Under the pieces are notes generated by a model. The model did not search any database. It saw nothing but the letters and a program-made list of their open reading frames with translations, and had not been told where the DNA came from. This document shows, piece by piece, positions 36,753-51,529 of a stretch of DNA of 64,000 nucleotides; the stretch's first letter is position 1; the number at the start of each line of letters is the position of its first letter. The position numbers and the translations under genes are program-made. The DNA is taken from NCBI GenBank assembly GCA_050084985.1, contig JBITNC010000002.1, positions 18,042,001 to 18,106,000 on the forward strand. Direction: 5' to 3'. This stretch comes from Nageia nagi (taxonomy: Eukaryota; Plantae; Pinophyta).

Positions 36753-39700
36753 TGTTAGAAATAATAATAATACATTAGTCTATGTTAGAGATAATAATAA
36801 TAATACATTAGTTTATTGCTAATGTATATTGGTGGTTATTTGGTTGGTTATACTACGGGAATGTAACTGCCCATACACTATGTATTTATTCATGTTCTCA
36901 TTAATGGAATCATCAATCTGGGCTCATTTCTGATATGATATCAGAGCCATCTTTTCGGAAATCCTTCTCTTGCTGCCAATAAGCCTGTAGAGGATTTGTT
37001 CTTGAGTATATCCAAGTGAGAAGACTGTGACAGAGGAGAGAGTGGTGATTCAGTCAAGAGTGTTCAACGATTGAAGCTCTCAACTCTACCAGAGCATTTA
37101 GGGAAGCAAGTTGATTTCTCTGATACAAAATTGATGTTGGTTTGGTGAGGGCGTCCAACACGTGATCTTCAGAGACGATTGCATCAAACGCAAGATAGTG
37201 AAAACAGTGATATTGCACTGTGTATGACTGCATAGCCAGCTTCAAACTCTCTTCCGCCTAGGTCCATGATCTTCCTTTTGTGACCCCAGCATGGCCTCTC
37301 CCTGACACAACAATCCCGTCATTGCTCGTGCATTTGTAAATGCACGCCCAGCCTCGCATTTGAGAGTTGTGCGAAGTGATATTCATAACGTTTAGTTGGG
37401 TAAGTGATGCGTTTGTATGTGAGAACGTGCACACTAAAAGACAACACTAACTCTGCCAACGTTCGCCCAGCCCTGCAAAACAGTATCGCTCAACCTTGGA
37501 CAGCCCCATGCAGTCCCTACAGCCTGACGCCCGCGTAACATGAAGAACCAATGGAATTTGTGAACACAAAGCAACCCACTCATTTATAAACATGTCCATC
37601 CACACTCAGAGGCGTGGAATAACAATTTCCTGCCTGCCAGCGAGGACCTGAAGCAATTTGGCTATGACATCGTGTGGAGAAAATGTGTAGTCTGATCAAA
37701 CAAGGGCATTCAGCATGTTTAAAATTGTGTGAGAAGTGCAGCACATGATCTGCCTAGCAGGTACCCAGCCTCAAGTCATCCGCACTCAGTCTAGTTTTTT
37801 AAAACAATTTCAAAATATACTCCCAGAATTGAGTGATATTACATCACTCAGCTCCAACCAATAAGGTGCTAGTATTAAAAAGATATTCTAAAGTTTGATT
37901 TTTTGGAGGAATGTTTAAGGTGCTGAAAAAACAAAAAAAATTATCAAATTATTTGATTAAATTTTTTATTCCCTATAGTTTGAGATTTAAATTATTTTAT
38001 TTTTATCCATTAATCAAATTAATTAAATATCTTGATCATACAATGTCCTTTTAAGTGCCATTTTTTTCACCTTAGACTTTGTTCCGAGCAATTTGTTGTG
38101 AGTTTGGTTGACAGATTTGAAGTGATAACCATGGCCCAGTCCGCCCTGAAGTTATTACTCCCCGACTCCCAAGTGCTGAAGGGAGAAAATTATGCTGCTT
38201 GGAAGACGAAGATTCAGATAATTCTTCGCTTTGAGCAATTGTGGGAAATCGTTAATGGCACTGAAATTCGATCGATGTCAGTAGGTGAAGACCAAACAAA
38301 GTATTATCAATGCAATGATAAAGTGCTTATGATCATCCTCCTTGACATCTCAGATGGTGTCCAACCCATGTTCGTGACTGCACTAAAGCCGACGATGAAA
38401 GGAAAAAGTTGCAACAAGTCTATGAGTCCAAGAATGCTAACCAACTATTGCATCTTCAAGGCTAGTTACACAATTTAAGGTTGAAGAGTAGAGACACCAT
38501 GGAATCATTTCTTTGCTGTATTTCGGAACTCTGAGCCTCCTTACAAGCGCTAGGAGGGAAGATGGAAGACACATCCCTGGTGCCCATTGTTTTGCGAGCA
38601 CTATCTCCGAAATTCTGCACCTTTGTGACGACCTTGAACATTCTAGACCAGAAACCAACCTTTGAGAAGTTGGTGAATCTGTTGCAGCAAGAGGAAGCCT
38701 CCCATGCAAGTTTGAACGAAGATGAACATGCCATGATGTTGTATCACAAGGGCAAGAACCCTTCCTATTAGAAGGGCAAGGAAACACGTTCTTCCCAATT
38801 GAACGACAAACTCAAGATGATATGTGGCAAGAAAGGGCATGAATTGCAAGATTTTTGGTACAATTCTTTTGCTCAAAGTGGATCATCGAGCAATAAGAAT
38901 CCAAAACAAAAAGTGCAAAACCCTAAGAACAAGGGGGAGTGGCAAAATCAAAATCAAAACCAAAATCGAAGACAAGGAGGATGACAACAAGGAAATGTTG
39001 TTGATGAAGGAGAAGTCCAAAAATTTTGTTTTCGCTCATGAAGTGCAATCCTTGAGATCATCCACTTGGTACGTTGATTCAGGTGCTTCCTCACACATGA
39101 TTGGCCAAAAGGATTGGTTTGCTTCAGTGTTCCATGGGGATGCGTTCTCCCTCCTATATGAGGCGTTCCCAGTGTTCCCCCGTTTTGGAAACTTGGGAAC
39201 GCCTAGGGAAATGTTTCCCAGCCGTTCCCTTTTTGGGGAACGACTGGGGAACATCCCCAGGGTCAGGGAATTGTTCCCTAACCGTTCCTCTATTTGGGAA
39301 CGATTAGCCATTCCCGGGAATGGCATAGGGAACTTCCGGTGTTCCCAAGGACTTCTGGTGTTCCCCCTCAAATTTGGGCAGATTTAGAGGGGAAAAAAAA
39401 GAAAATCAACATTTGACTTAAAAAAAAAGCACTTAAAGTGCATGAGATTTGACCCACCAACATTCCCACCCCATCTAACCCTAAAAGCATCTTATAAACT
39501 CCATTCAAAAGTATTTTTGTAATCAATTTTCATTGTGTGTAGCTAGGAGATAAAAAAAAAACAGCAGTTAGTAGAAAAAAGGTAGTAGTGAGGAGAAAGA
39601 GAGCGAGGAAGAAATACTCATTTTATCATACTTATTTCACTATTTGACATACTCATGTAAAAAAAGAAAACAACATTTGACTTAAAAAAAAAGCACTTAA

Positions 39701-42201
39701 AGTGCATGGGATTGGACCCACCAACATTCCCATCCCCTCTAACCCTAAAAGCATCTTATAAACTCCATTCAAAAGTGTTTTTGTAATCAATTTTCATTGT
39801 GTGTAGCTAGGAGAGAAAAAAACAGCAGTTAGTAGAAAAAAGACAGCACTGAGGAGAAAGAGAGCAAGGAGGAAGAAATACTCATTTTATTATACTTATT
39901 TCACTATTTGACATACTCATGTCAATGTCCACTCTATGTATTTGATTTAGACCTAATGACATTATGATTCAAACTTATTATCACATTATGATTGTGGTAT
40001 CAGATTTATTGTTTTTTTTTACAATTATATCTTGAAGTTGAATTTCTAATTTCAATTCCATGTTTTCAATTTGTATACATGATTGAATTTGATAATATGA
40101 TTATTCATCATAATAGTAATCAATTGGAAACAATAAAATATTAAAATCTAAAAAATCTGAAAATTCTGATAATTTTTATTAGTATTATACTTGTCGTTCC
40201 TTGGCCGTTCCCCAAAAATGACCTTATTTTTTCCCCCGTTCCCGGATACATGTTCCCCCGTTTCCCTGTTCCCCAGCCGTGTGGAACACTGGTTTGCTTT
40301 CTTGGATGAATCACCTTATCTTGGTCAAGTACATTTGGGCGATGATACACCCTATGATAATTCTTAAAGGCCCACATGGTATAAGAAAACGCTTTAGGAT
40401 GCAAATTTGAATTCTCCACCAGACACTTCGACTTCTAGGGTAAGGGCACGAAGCATGGCTCGTGAAGAAGTGAACTTGGCTTTGATGAGCACGGTGGTGA
40501 ATGCACATGAATATGAAACGACTGAATATGATGCTTTGAAAAATGGTACATGGGAGCTGGTAGATCTTCCACTTGGAAAGAAGGCTATTGGATGCAAATG
40601 GGTGTTTAAAACCAAGTACAAAGTTGATGGAACACTCGATAAGCACAAAGCTCGACTTGTTGACAAAGGTTATGCCCAAAGGGAAGGTATCAACTATGAG
40701 GAGACTTTTGCTCCCACAGCCAAGATGAAGACCATTAGAATTGCATTGGCAATGGTTGCACAATTTGGCTGGAAAGTCCACTAGATGGATGTGAAAAGTG
40801 CCTTCCTGAACGGAGACTTAGAAGAAGAAGTCGACATGCAGCAACTAGACGAATTTGTGATTGATCCAGGAAAAGGAAAGTTATGTATATTGATCAAGTC
40901 TTTGTATGGCTTGAAATAGGCTCCTTGAGCCTGTTACATAAAAATTGAGGAACACCTACTACAACATGGTTTTGTTCGAAGCCCATATGATTCGAATCTC
41001 TACCTTCGACAACATGGGGAGGAGATGGCCATTGTTGTAGTATATGTCGATGATTTGGTCATCATAGGGAGTAATGAGGAGTTGATCCAATCATGGAAAA
41101 ATGATCTTTAAAAATCATTTGACATGACCAACCTTGGTTTACTTCACTATTGCCTTGCTAGACCCAGATATTTCTTTCACAGATGTAGTACACCAAGAGC
41201 TTGTTGGAGAAATTCAAGATGCCAGAATGTGAACCAATGAAAATGCCAATTGAACCTGTTTGTATTTATCATGCCATGATACTTTTCCACCAGTAAATGC
41301 AACTCTCAACCGTTAGCTGATTGGAGGGTTAATTGACCTTGCATATACCAGGCCAGATATTTGCTATGTTGTCAGCTATCCTTCGAGATTTATTCATGAA
41401 CCAAAGAAGGCCCATTGGATCATGACAAAGCATGTTCTAAGATACATTTGTGACACTGATAGTTATGGCTTGGAGTACAAGAAGAACGATAAGTTCATCT
41501 TGACTGGATACATGGATGCAAATTATGGAGGATCCTTGGATGATAGAAGATCAGCGATAGGATATGTTTTCTTCCTTGGATTTGGATCGATTTCATGGGG
41601 TAACAAGAAACAAAGCATCACATCCAAGTCTACCACATAGTTGGAATAACATGTTGCAGGAGATGGTTTTTGTGAAGCAATATGGTAACGTTGCATTTTA
41701 ACAGACATTGGACTTCCATAGAAACAATCCACAATTCTGCATTGCGACAATCAAAGTGTACTGAAGATGGTTCATAATCTTGTTTTCCATGAACACACCA
41801 AACACATCGAGATACAGGTGCATTTCATCCACTACCATGTTTCACCGCACAATGTTAAGCTCTGTTACATTTCCATGAAGAAGCACATTGCAAATATTTT
41901 TATCAAATTTCTTGACAGTGGAAAGTTTGACTACTTTTGGAGCTTCCTCTTGATGAAATTGCTAATGTATATTGGTGATTATTTGGTTGGTTAATTTAAA
42001 GACCTCATGTATTATGGGGGATGTTAGAAATAATAATAATACATTAGTCTATGTTAGATATAATAATAATACATTAGTTTATTGCTAATGTATATTGGTG
42101 ATTATTTCGGTGATTATACTACAGGAATGTAATTTCTCATACACCATGTATTTATTCATGTTCTCATTAATGGAATCATCAATCTGGGCTCATTTCTGAT
42201 A
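36753..42201 (+). mobile_element. Copia LTR retrotransposon with short LTRs, integrase deleted
   Basis: LTRs 36753-36935 and 42022-42201; PBS TGATATCAGAGCC; gag (LKGENYAAWKTKI), protease (WYVDSGASSHM), RT (GTWELVDLP...YVDDL), RNase H; PPT TATGGGGGA; imperfect TSD ATGCC/ATGGT. Confidence 0.95.
39125..40291. mobile_element. Non-autonomous hAT element inserted in the Copia protease region
   Basis: TIR CAGTGTTCCA/TGGAACACTG; perfect 8-bp TSD GTTTGCTT; GTTCCC/GGGAAC subterminal repeats; internal tandem duplication of about 260 bp (about 39395-39920). Confidence 0.95.
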
Positions 42202-45200
42202 ATGGTTTCGTCGAGAAATGAGGGAGATATTGCACTTTGAAGTTCACCTTGGGAGCCAAATTTTGACTATCGTGCCGCACGCGGGAATCTATAATTCTCT
42301 TCCATTTGGTCACAATAAGTATGACGTCCCTTTCCTAGGGACGTGTGATGGAGATTTAATGTATTTAGGAGTGATTCTTATGTAATTAGAAGATTTTTTG
42401 CTAGTATATTAGATCGATGAGTAATTTGTAATTTTTAGTTAAATTTGTGGGCCACCCTTAGATATTAATTTCATAATTGTAGATCTCGTCATTTGTATCC
42501 AAAATGGGATGCTCCACTTGTGGGGCTTAGAGAGATCCCAAAATGTAATTTGGTGGGCCCAATAGGTCAAATTACGCTAGATGCCTCATCTTGGGGACTT
42601 AAATAATAATTTGTAACCTTAATGAGGAATTAGAATGTCTAGGTTGGGTTGGCCAACCCCTTTGGATGAGACACCTCCTATAAAAGTCAATTAGAATGTC
42701 ATTTGAAGGATATTCTAGATTATTGATTATAATTGTGGGCGTGAGCTCTCTCCATTCCTCTTGTGCACATAGGGGAGGTACTTGAGGCTTAGCATTCCTC
42801 AAGCTTTAGCTGACTGCTACTTTGAGGCCTAACATTCCTCAAAGATCATTTGACTGCTACCTAGGGTTCGACATCCGCTAGGGTTACTTGAAGACTGTCA
42901 TCACTGTTGAGGAGTCTTGGAATCCATTAGGGATTCACTCCAACTTCTGCTGTTGCTGAGATCCATTTGGGATCTAACTACAACTACTGAGATCCACCAA
43001 TGCTGAGATCATTTGCACCTCCTAATTTGTCAAGGAGGGCTTTCTACCCCAGATGTCACACCTTGGAGGTATCTTGAGTCGCCTATCTCTGTCAGATCTG
43101 CATCTGGAAGAGCCAACCTCCATACGTCCCGTTCCTAGAGCCAGTTTGAGCATATTTGAGGGTTCTTGTAGTGAGATCCAGTCTCACCCTATGGCACAGA
43201 TCTAGCTATTCTAAGGAGTTAGACGCCCGCTCTCCCTTAGTCATTTTCACCAGGTTTGAGATTTCCATTTGACATATTTTGATTTTAGAGGAATTTTAGA
43301 ATTAATTTTGGAAATTTTGCCTCAAATAGTAAGTCGTTTGAAAATTTTGAGCCTTACAGGAAGTCATGTATCCCTAGATCTAACTCATTAAACTCAATTA
43401 CCATCATTCCTGAAATATTGGAGTCTTAGGAAAAATTCGTCCACCCTCTAAAAGCCCTAGTCCATCCCTACAGTGAGTCGTTTGAAAATTTGGGCAATTC
43501 TACACTTGGAGGAGACCTTTTAAGCCCTAGATCTAGGCCCTTAATTCAGTTTTCGTCATTTTGAACATTTTGAGGCCTTGAAGTTCCATGTCCACCGTCC
43601 AGGATGGCTGTCATGCTTAATTAACATTTGTATCAGTCCTCTTGGGTGAAGATGATTGCTTGGCACTCCTTTCAGAATTTTCTGAGCAATCTTTTCAAAT
43701 TTCAGAGATGCTTTGGATCTGATTTGTTATCATGGTTCAGATCTGATCTATTGAAGTTAGATTGGGACATCCATAATTGGGTATATTTGATGAATTGCAT
43801 GAGGTTGATGTTTAAGGCGGGACAAGTTGGCATTTGAAAATAGGCCGTGGGATCCAGGCACATGGGCAAAGCATGATTTGGGAGATCATACAGTGGAAGA
43901 GAATTGTCTTTTGTGGGAACGCATGATGAGTAGATTCCAGTGCTTAGCTCTTGCATTCATCCCAGTTTTAGTACAGCAGTATGAGAGGATGGAGGTGATC
44001 ATAAGGGAAGGTATGACTTACTCCTATGATACAAAATGCATTCGTCATCTTAGTTTTCAGTTTATGGAGAGGTCATCTAGCTTGGTATGCCCAAGTACTT
44101 TTTCGCCGTATGAAGCAAGGTATGCTTCAGTCCTTGGTTCCTCATTACAATTCAATTTTGGAACAGCAGCAAGAAATGAAGGGACATAAGGTATGCAGGG
44201 TGATCCATGATGAGCATTTTGATATTAACCATAGTAGTGAGATGATAAACTTTATTGAAAGCATAAGGGAGAATGAAGAAGATGAAACTGCTAATGGGTA
44301 GTCAACAAGAGATCCAAAAAGCTGTTGCCACTTTGAGGGGATGATCTTCCAAGTATCCAAAGGTAACAAATTATATACATTATACAATGATAATATGATG
44401 TCCATGGGTCTAACCCATTCTCCTATTTATATGCAAATATAACTACTCCACTGATCTATATGATCTATAGCTGACTTATAATCAACTTACAATGATAAGG
44501 CTAATTATGCTGTTGTGCAGGTGTCATAACACGTATGGAGACCATACTACCCCTTAAGAATTCCTGCAGTAATATACAAGGCGTAAAACCCTTGACCTTT
44601 CAACTTCTGCTCCTCTTAGCTATCTTTCTTCTGTGCAAGCTTCCAAAACATTTTTCTGTAAAGTAAAGTTATTGTTTCTCTAAAATTGAGACATATTTAT
44701 TTACAATAGTGCCATTTTTCTTATTTTATTTGTCAAACATGCCCAATGATTCTGCGGATTGATGACCATTCCACGGATGAGGTGCATCATGCTAATTGTC
44801 TAAACTAATATTCGGACCTGTGGAACTGTCTCTCTATGTGGTATAGATCACAGAGCTGCAGATACATTCATCCATCCACTAAATGTCATCAGTAAAATTC
44901 TCTTTTAGGTCTTTTGATTTTGCACACTCAAGATCACTATTTCCAAGATTGCTTTGTCTATGTTGTCACATTCACAGTATTTTACAGCACTTATGTATGA
45001 GAACTGATATTTTTTGGAATAAGAACTCTGGCATATTGCAGTGTATGGATTCAACTATAGCAGGTTAAATCTTTTGCTGAATATCCATTGATACTAAGTA
45101 TGATATACTATAAACTGAAAATATTCTTTTACCTTAACAAAGTAAGATATGAATTGGATGGTGAACATTGTGTCATAATTGTGGTAAAACGATTTTTCAG

Positions 45201-45299
45201 GGTTTAAGGAAGAATTGACTGGAGTTACAAATGATGAACTTTCGAAAGAGTTTGGAGTGGTTCAGGATGCAGATCGACTTGATGCTATTGGAGCAATTG
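45201..45299 (+). CDS. HD-domain phosphohydrolase exon 5
   Basis: FKEELTGVTNDELSKEFGVVQDADRLDAIGAI(G), containing the conserved DADRLD motif; TTTTTCAG acceptor, GT donor. Confidence 0.95.
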
Positions 45300-46100
45300 G
45301 TTTGTGTATAATAAACATTCATTTACATAAATTGGATTTCGTTGCATTCCGTTTCAGCAGTAACAAGCTATCCTGGTCTCAGGATGATAGCAGTTATCTG
45401 CCTATATGAAAGGTTACATGAAAAAATAGAGACTCTACATATGGACATATCTATTTTCTTACCCAAAATAAAAAGTTGCGCTGGAACAAGAAATCCAATA
45501 GAACAATATAAACAGAAAATTTAGAGTTTTCTTTTTCAGCTAGAATTTGGATAGTGTTTGTGTGTTGTCTTTTCAGAGATTACTAAAAGCCAAACAAAAA
45601 ATACAGAATGCTAAATGTAAATGGTTATTTTTGAAGTAGAGTAGGTACAAACAAAAAATAGCCTGAATTTGGTCTAAATGTGGAATCAATTTGTTGAGTC
45701 AATGTAGGCTGGAGTATTGACAATTCATGTCTGTTTTTGGCTGTTTACAAATCTTCTGAACTACAACCATAGCAGGGGAATAACACACTTTTAACTAGAA
45801 GCAAATACTGAATTAGGTAAAGATGAGGCCTTCACATGTCTCACCTTACTTTTACTCTTCTCAACAAAAGTTTGATTATCCATTTTTGGTTTCCTTATTT
45901 TGAAAGCAATAATTGGTTATCATTTCAAATGTCATCAAACTATTCTTTTCTTCATTTTTTGATTTAATACATTATTTAGTGTGGAATAAAAGTCACTTTT
46001 ACATCATGAATAATTTATATAAGATACATTGTGGTTAGTATTCCAAAAGAATATTTTTACATGGGATAAACTTATGAAAAGAATTTGAAGGTTTTAATAG

Positions 46101-46500
46101 TGATAGGGACCTTCCCTAACATTATCGAGTCATTGTTATTTTTGTAATTAATTCAATTGATGTAAGAGTAAAATAGGAAGAATTATAGCTCGGGTCCTTT
46201 GACTAGCCAACCCTTGAGCTTTTAGGTTAGAATACTTATAAATACTTTTTTGGCAAGCATTGTAATATTTTCATCTTAGGGAGAAGTAAAACAATTATTG
46301 TGTGTTAGGAGGTTGCACCCTTGAAGAGGCTTGCAAAATTTAATTGTTGTGAATATGAAGTTTCTCTTATTTCCATTTCGTTCAAGATTGCAGCAATATT
46401 TTCTTGTTCATCATTATTTAAAATTGCAAGAATGTCATAAGTGGTATCAGAGCTCTTTCCAGGGAAGCAATTGTAGCAATTTGTGGATATAAGTTTTGCA
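46101..46500 (+). mobile_element. Truncated LTR element: 5' LTR plus tRNA-Met PBS, in intron 5
   Basis: TG start at 46101, TATAAAT at about 46237, perfect PBS TGGTATCAGAGC at 46442-46453. Confidence 0.6.
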
Positions 46501-48306
46501 AATATTGTTTGTCCACTAAATCTTCTTGCTTCATTTTCCTTTCGCTTTAGCTTTTGCTCTTTCCCTGACTCTTGTCCTGCCTGAGGTGTGTTTTGATCCC
46601 ACTGTAAGTTGAGTGACCTTCAGTGCACTGGCTACAGATATACTTAGTCCTATTTTTCTTTTTACCCCATGTTTCCCAATTCCTTTTAGCATACCTGTTG
46701 TGTTCCTTTCCTTATTTTCCTCCATAATCTTAACGATTGGATTGAATTTCACCTTGTTTGCCTTTCTTGCTACTTGTTTCTGCATTATTCAACTTTGAAC
46801 CTTCAGCCGTTGCTCCTTTTTGTACTCTCTCTTTCTTTTCTTTCTTTTTGTGGACTATCATTGCTAGATGTACATTCTCTTCATCATCTGAAATCCTAAT
46901 CCTAGGGTTTCTACGTGGTTGTTTACTCAGTGTAAGGACATAGATCAGTTTAATTACACTTTGGTGCAAAGGCACTTTGTTTTGAGTCTCTTACATCTCC
47001 CCTTCTGTATTCTTGAGTCATCTGATCACATCTGCCTTGTTGCATTGGTTGGAATGTTTATATCAATAAATAATAAATGATTGATGTAGTAGAGAAGTAA
47101 CAAATACATGATCATTGTATGTTTTGTTGAGCACGCTTATGCTGAGCCATTGATGCATCGACAATTCTATGTAATGGTAAGGAAATCTTCTAGCATATTT
47201 ATGTTCTTATTCATTGGTCAATGATAGCTATGTTTCTTTTCTAAGATAAGTGTACCTACTTTTTTTTTAATGTTATTGATGATTTGCTATGTTTTCTTTT
47301 GTGAGTCTATGCCATTGTTGAATTGGGAAATCAAATGCTGGTTTATTGAAACCTCATTAGGTCAATAAAGTGTGCTAATTCGCATAACTCCACAATATAA
47401 AGAGATGAATTCTCTCATTGTGATCCTTTTCAGTTGCCTCTATTTTCTAAAATAATACTGCATAATATCCTTAACTAAAATATTCGCATTATGAGTTTTC
47501 ATAAATTCCATGAAAATTCCAATGTTGGTTTATTACAGTAGGGAAATAACTTTTCCGTAATTTTATGTTGTCTTTTTTCAAAAACGTTTTATTTAATATT
47601 TTCTGTTTCATTCCTATTTGTAAGGGTCGATTTTTTGTGGTAAGTTTGTTTGGAAAATTTTAAAAATGACAATTATAAAATAAGGCCTTTCTTGCTATGG
47701 TAGTAAAGGAAAACTGAGGAATAAATAAAAGAAATGTTGAATGAAAACTGTTTTTCATTTGCAAGATGACTGAGTCTGACCTTTGGCTTTCTATCATGGA
47801 TTAAGAACTTGATTTGAATAGTGAGAAATAACTTTCAGTGTTATAATTACTGACTTAGATTTTTATTAAGCTTATGTTTGTTTAATACATGTTGACATTC
47901 TGATATTGAATTAACCTATCTATTTGGATACTCAAATATGAATAAGTTCTTTTTTTATATTTTATTTTGAGCTTTGACTATTTTGATTCAAAAAGTGGTC
48001 TATCTATATGTGTTCTTGTTATGCACTGAAACAATAGTTTATTATTTTGTTCTTGTGCATTCTTTAATAAATCAACCCTCTTTGTTTTGATATTTAAGGA
48101 AAAGTCGCATCTTGTTCATTCATGGCATATTCATATAATTTGAAACCAATGAAAGTTATGGCAAGATCATGGATTTCTCTCCTTCAATTCAGCTTTGTAT
48201 TAGCAATATACATTTTCTACTTTTTTTGATAAATTATTTTAATTATAGGTGATGATCTCTGAAAACTAATTAGTCTGTCCATGCAATGTATTTTTATATC
48301 TTCTAG

Positions 48307-48482
48307 GCATTGCTCGTTGTTTGACTTTTGGTGGAAGTAGGAACAGAGTACTATATGATCCAGAGATACAACCACGAGTGAATTTGTCAAAGGAAGAGTA
48401 TGTGAAGCAAGATGGTAAACAAACTACCTTGAACCACTTCTATGAGAAACTTCTGAAGCTGAAAGACCTGATGAAGACTAAG
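48307..48482 (+). CDS. HD-domain phosphohydrolase exon 6
   Basis: [58 protein letters not shown]; AG/GT boundaries. Confidence 0.95.
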
Positions 48483-51400
48483 GTATTTTCTTGGAAACTT
48501 TGGTAGTACCCTTCCTTAATTACATGTATGCATGTCATTGTGATGCAAATTATGTTGATTCATTGAAAGATTTGAATTTTGAAATACAGAAGTCTGGGGA
48601 CATTTTAGTGGGTTGTCAACTGATGGCCTTTGATATTGACAAAATATCTAAGCATGAATACAAATTTTGTAGAGTTGAAGGAGATTGCATTTTTTATTAC
48701 ATATGAAGTTAGATAATTTGAGAGAGCTTGTCATGCCTGTTATGAACTGATCTTCTCCTCTGATACATAGCAAATATGAATTCAAAATAGAATGAAATGA
48801 AACTATATTTATGTCTGAAAGTGAGAAAAGTGGGTCGCTATCATATAAAGTATAGCCAAAATTAATAGCTGTAAAACAGTAGGTTACTATAGACACAAAA
48901 TAAAGAATAATGTTTTAAAATATACCCAACTTATTACGTCTATGAAATGAAAATAGATTAGTTGCAATATGCAGAATAAGATCTAGTAATTAGGATCATG
49001 CAAACATTAAGAGAGGAGATACAAATAAGACTTATATGAAATTCATGGATTGGAGGCCGCTTAAGGATAACTTGTGATATTGCAGGATAAATCCTTGCAT
49101 TCTAGAATGAGTGTATGGTAAGTCTGACAAATTTTGGGCTAGATTCATCTCCTAGAATTGGTTTGAGGTCAATCAAGCACAAGGGTGAAATTTCCCATGT
49201 TTTGGGATGGGGGTCCCAAAAATACCTAATGTTCTAGGATGTGAGGTCTGAAACGTCTCTACATTTTGGGATTATCGGAATTCTGAAGTTTGGTGGACCT
49301 CGGCTGATGTGTTTTGCAAGATTGTGTGCATTCTGGAACTTTCTTCATAGAATTCTTGCTTCAATAGCTATGAATTTTACTCAAGGAAATTTTACCTTGG
49401 TTGTGAAATTTTACTCAAACGAACTTTTTGGTTTTACCTTATATACACTTGAGAAGTCTAATTTTGAATTCACCTAGTTAGACCCACCTAGGCCAACATG
49501 CATATAAGGTAATGTTAAATTAGAAGATTTTATTTAAGTTGATCTAAAATAAGTACAAAGTGGACCCAAATTGACATTTTTGCATAAATTAGGTAAATCA
49601 CTTAAATAAAGTCATCTTAGATAGTTAGAATGCAATTTTGAATGTCTATAGTTTGCCTCTTTTGGGATTGGTTGAGGGAGAAGAAAGAAAGAAATTATAT
49701 TAATGTCCTCGGGTGACCCAATAGGTGAAAGGGACTCAAAACTGCAACTAAAGAAATAAACAAGGACTAGGGAAAAAGACCCTAGGTAAATAAAGCTAAC
49801 TATAGCAAGCAAAGGGGTAAGGAGGTAAAAGGAGAAAAGCCTCAAACCCTAACCCTAAAAACACAAAAGCAAGATGGGAGGACCCTTTTACAAGAAGTGA
49901 AGAGATGCTGAAGAGAAGAAGCACAACGAGAGGTCTAGTGGTTGTAGGAACATAGGGTGGGGCATAGATCGGGAGCACTTTCAAATGCGATGTCAACCAT
50001 CATGAGTGGTCTTGTGCTAGAATTAAAATGGCGGTAGGAAAAAGGCCTGAAATGGGAGGTTGGACCATCTTGGGGGGAAACTAAAGTTGATGGTTGAACC
50101 GCTCCTAACATCCAAGGTTGAAGGACTACTATTGGTAGAGAAGAAAGTGGTAATGAAATATTGCCTACTTTGATTTGGTAGTAGACATAATGAACACCTT
50201 GCCATTGGTCGGAGATAACTATGTGATTTCTAGAGTAGCAAAGTCATTGGGGAACCTGAGCACTAGCGCATGGAGAAGAATGTCGACAAACTGGCCTGTC
50301 GTTATTTGTGAGGGAGTTGATAGTGTCTTGAAGGTGCTCCTTGTGTTGGGCAGTTTTATTGTGATGATGTTGATTATTATGTAGAGTTTGAAATAAAAAT
50401 TTGCAAAACATGTTAAGTGCAAATGTTAGAGTAATGGAATGATCATGCCTGTATACAATTGATGGATGGTAGATTCCCTTCACGTTGAGGTACACAAATT
50501 GAGGCATATTTAGTTCAATATTGCCTTAAGTGCTATTATTAGTCATTCTTGATGCTTTAGAGCAAATGGAAATGTTTTGGGACTAAGGTTCTTGATCGTT
50601 GGCATTTTGGGATTGATGGTGTTAGAATGTTGGCATTTTGGGATTGATGGTGTTAGAATGTTGGCATTTTGGGACTTGTGCCGTAATGCCTTGAGATTTG
50701 CTCTAAAGATGGATGATGGACTCTTTGTGTTGAAAATGTGTTCGGTTTTTGAAATACTGTCTAGATTTGCAAATTTCAATGCTGCAGCTTAAAAACCAGG
50801 TAAATGACATTAAAATGACAGCCCAAAATCTTATAAAAAGAGGCCTAAACATGGAAAACGTCAGTCATTTGGTTATTGGCAAATTGCTGAAGAGGAGAGA
50901 AAGCACATACAAGAAGAAAGAGAATAAAGGGATTTATGTGCTTTGTTTTCACTGTTTCAGATTTTGTGGGTGGAGTTTTTATTTCTTTCTGCAGCAAGAA
51001 TACCTATAAATTTGAAAAAGAGTTTGAAGAGAAATTCATTCCTGGAGAAAAATGTGCCGCAAAATCATGTAAAACTAGAGAGGAAGGGTGAGTTCATCTA
51101 TGGATTGCTGAAGGACCAAGCTGTAAGAGGATTTTTATTTGTTTTTGTAAATTTTCTGCATTTTTAGCTTGGGTTTCATATTTTATTGTTGCTGTTTTAT
51201 TATGTGGACTTGTTGGAAAAAGAGCTGTGGAGTTGTGGAAAGGAAAGGTCTCCAACAATGCTTGTGTTGAGATTGTGTTTTGGGGTCATTTTGGCATGAG
51301 GCCAAAATGCCTCCATTTTGTCTCATGGTCCTGGAACGGCCAGGTGGGTGATGTCTCTAAGCGCGTGGGCTTGAGTTGAAGTGTTAGATTTTGCTATTGT

Positions 51401-51529
51401 GAGCTGCTAATTTTTGTTTTTCTGCTGCTGATTTTTTTGTTGTTCATTTTTTGAAGGTGCATCAATTTGTCATTACTTGGCGGACCACTCAAAGGACAAT
51501 TATAGAAGCTGCTCATGGGTATGAGCAAT

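Larger units (their letters stand above)
36611..43626 (+). mobile_element. Probable long LTR (about 1.5 kb) split by the Copia at 36753-42201
   Basis: Begins TGTAATGTTCCC, has a TATA-like CTATAAAAG at about 42678, and ends TTAACA followed by PBS-like TTTGTATCAGTCC; no TSD identified. Confidence 0.4.

Noticed and set aside
38824-39387. 187-aa ORF and overlapping ORFs as a novel fusion protein
   Set aside because: Copia protease N-terminus running into hAT subterminal repeats after the insertion at 39125.
44521-44670. Possible alternative terminal exon after TGTGCAG|G in intron 4
   Set aside because: Only an acceptor-like motif and a short open frame, with no homology support.
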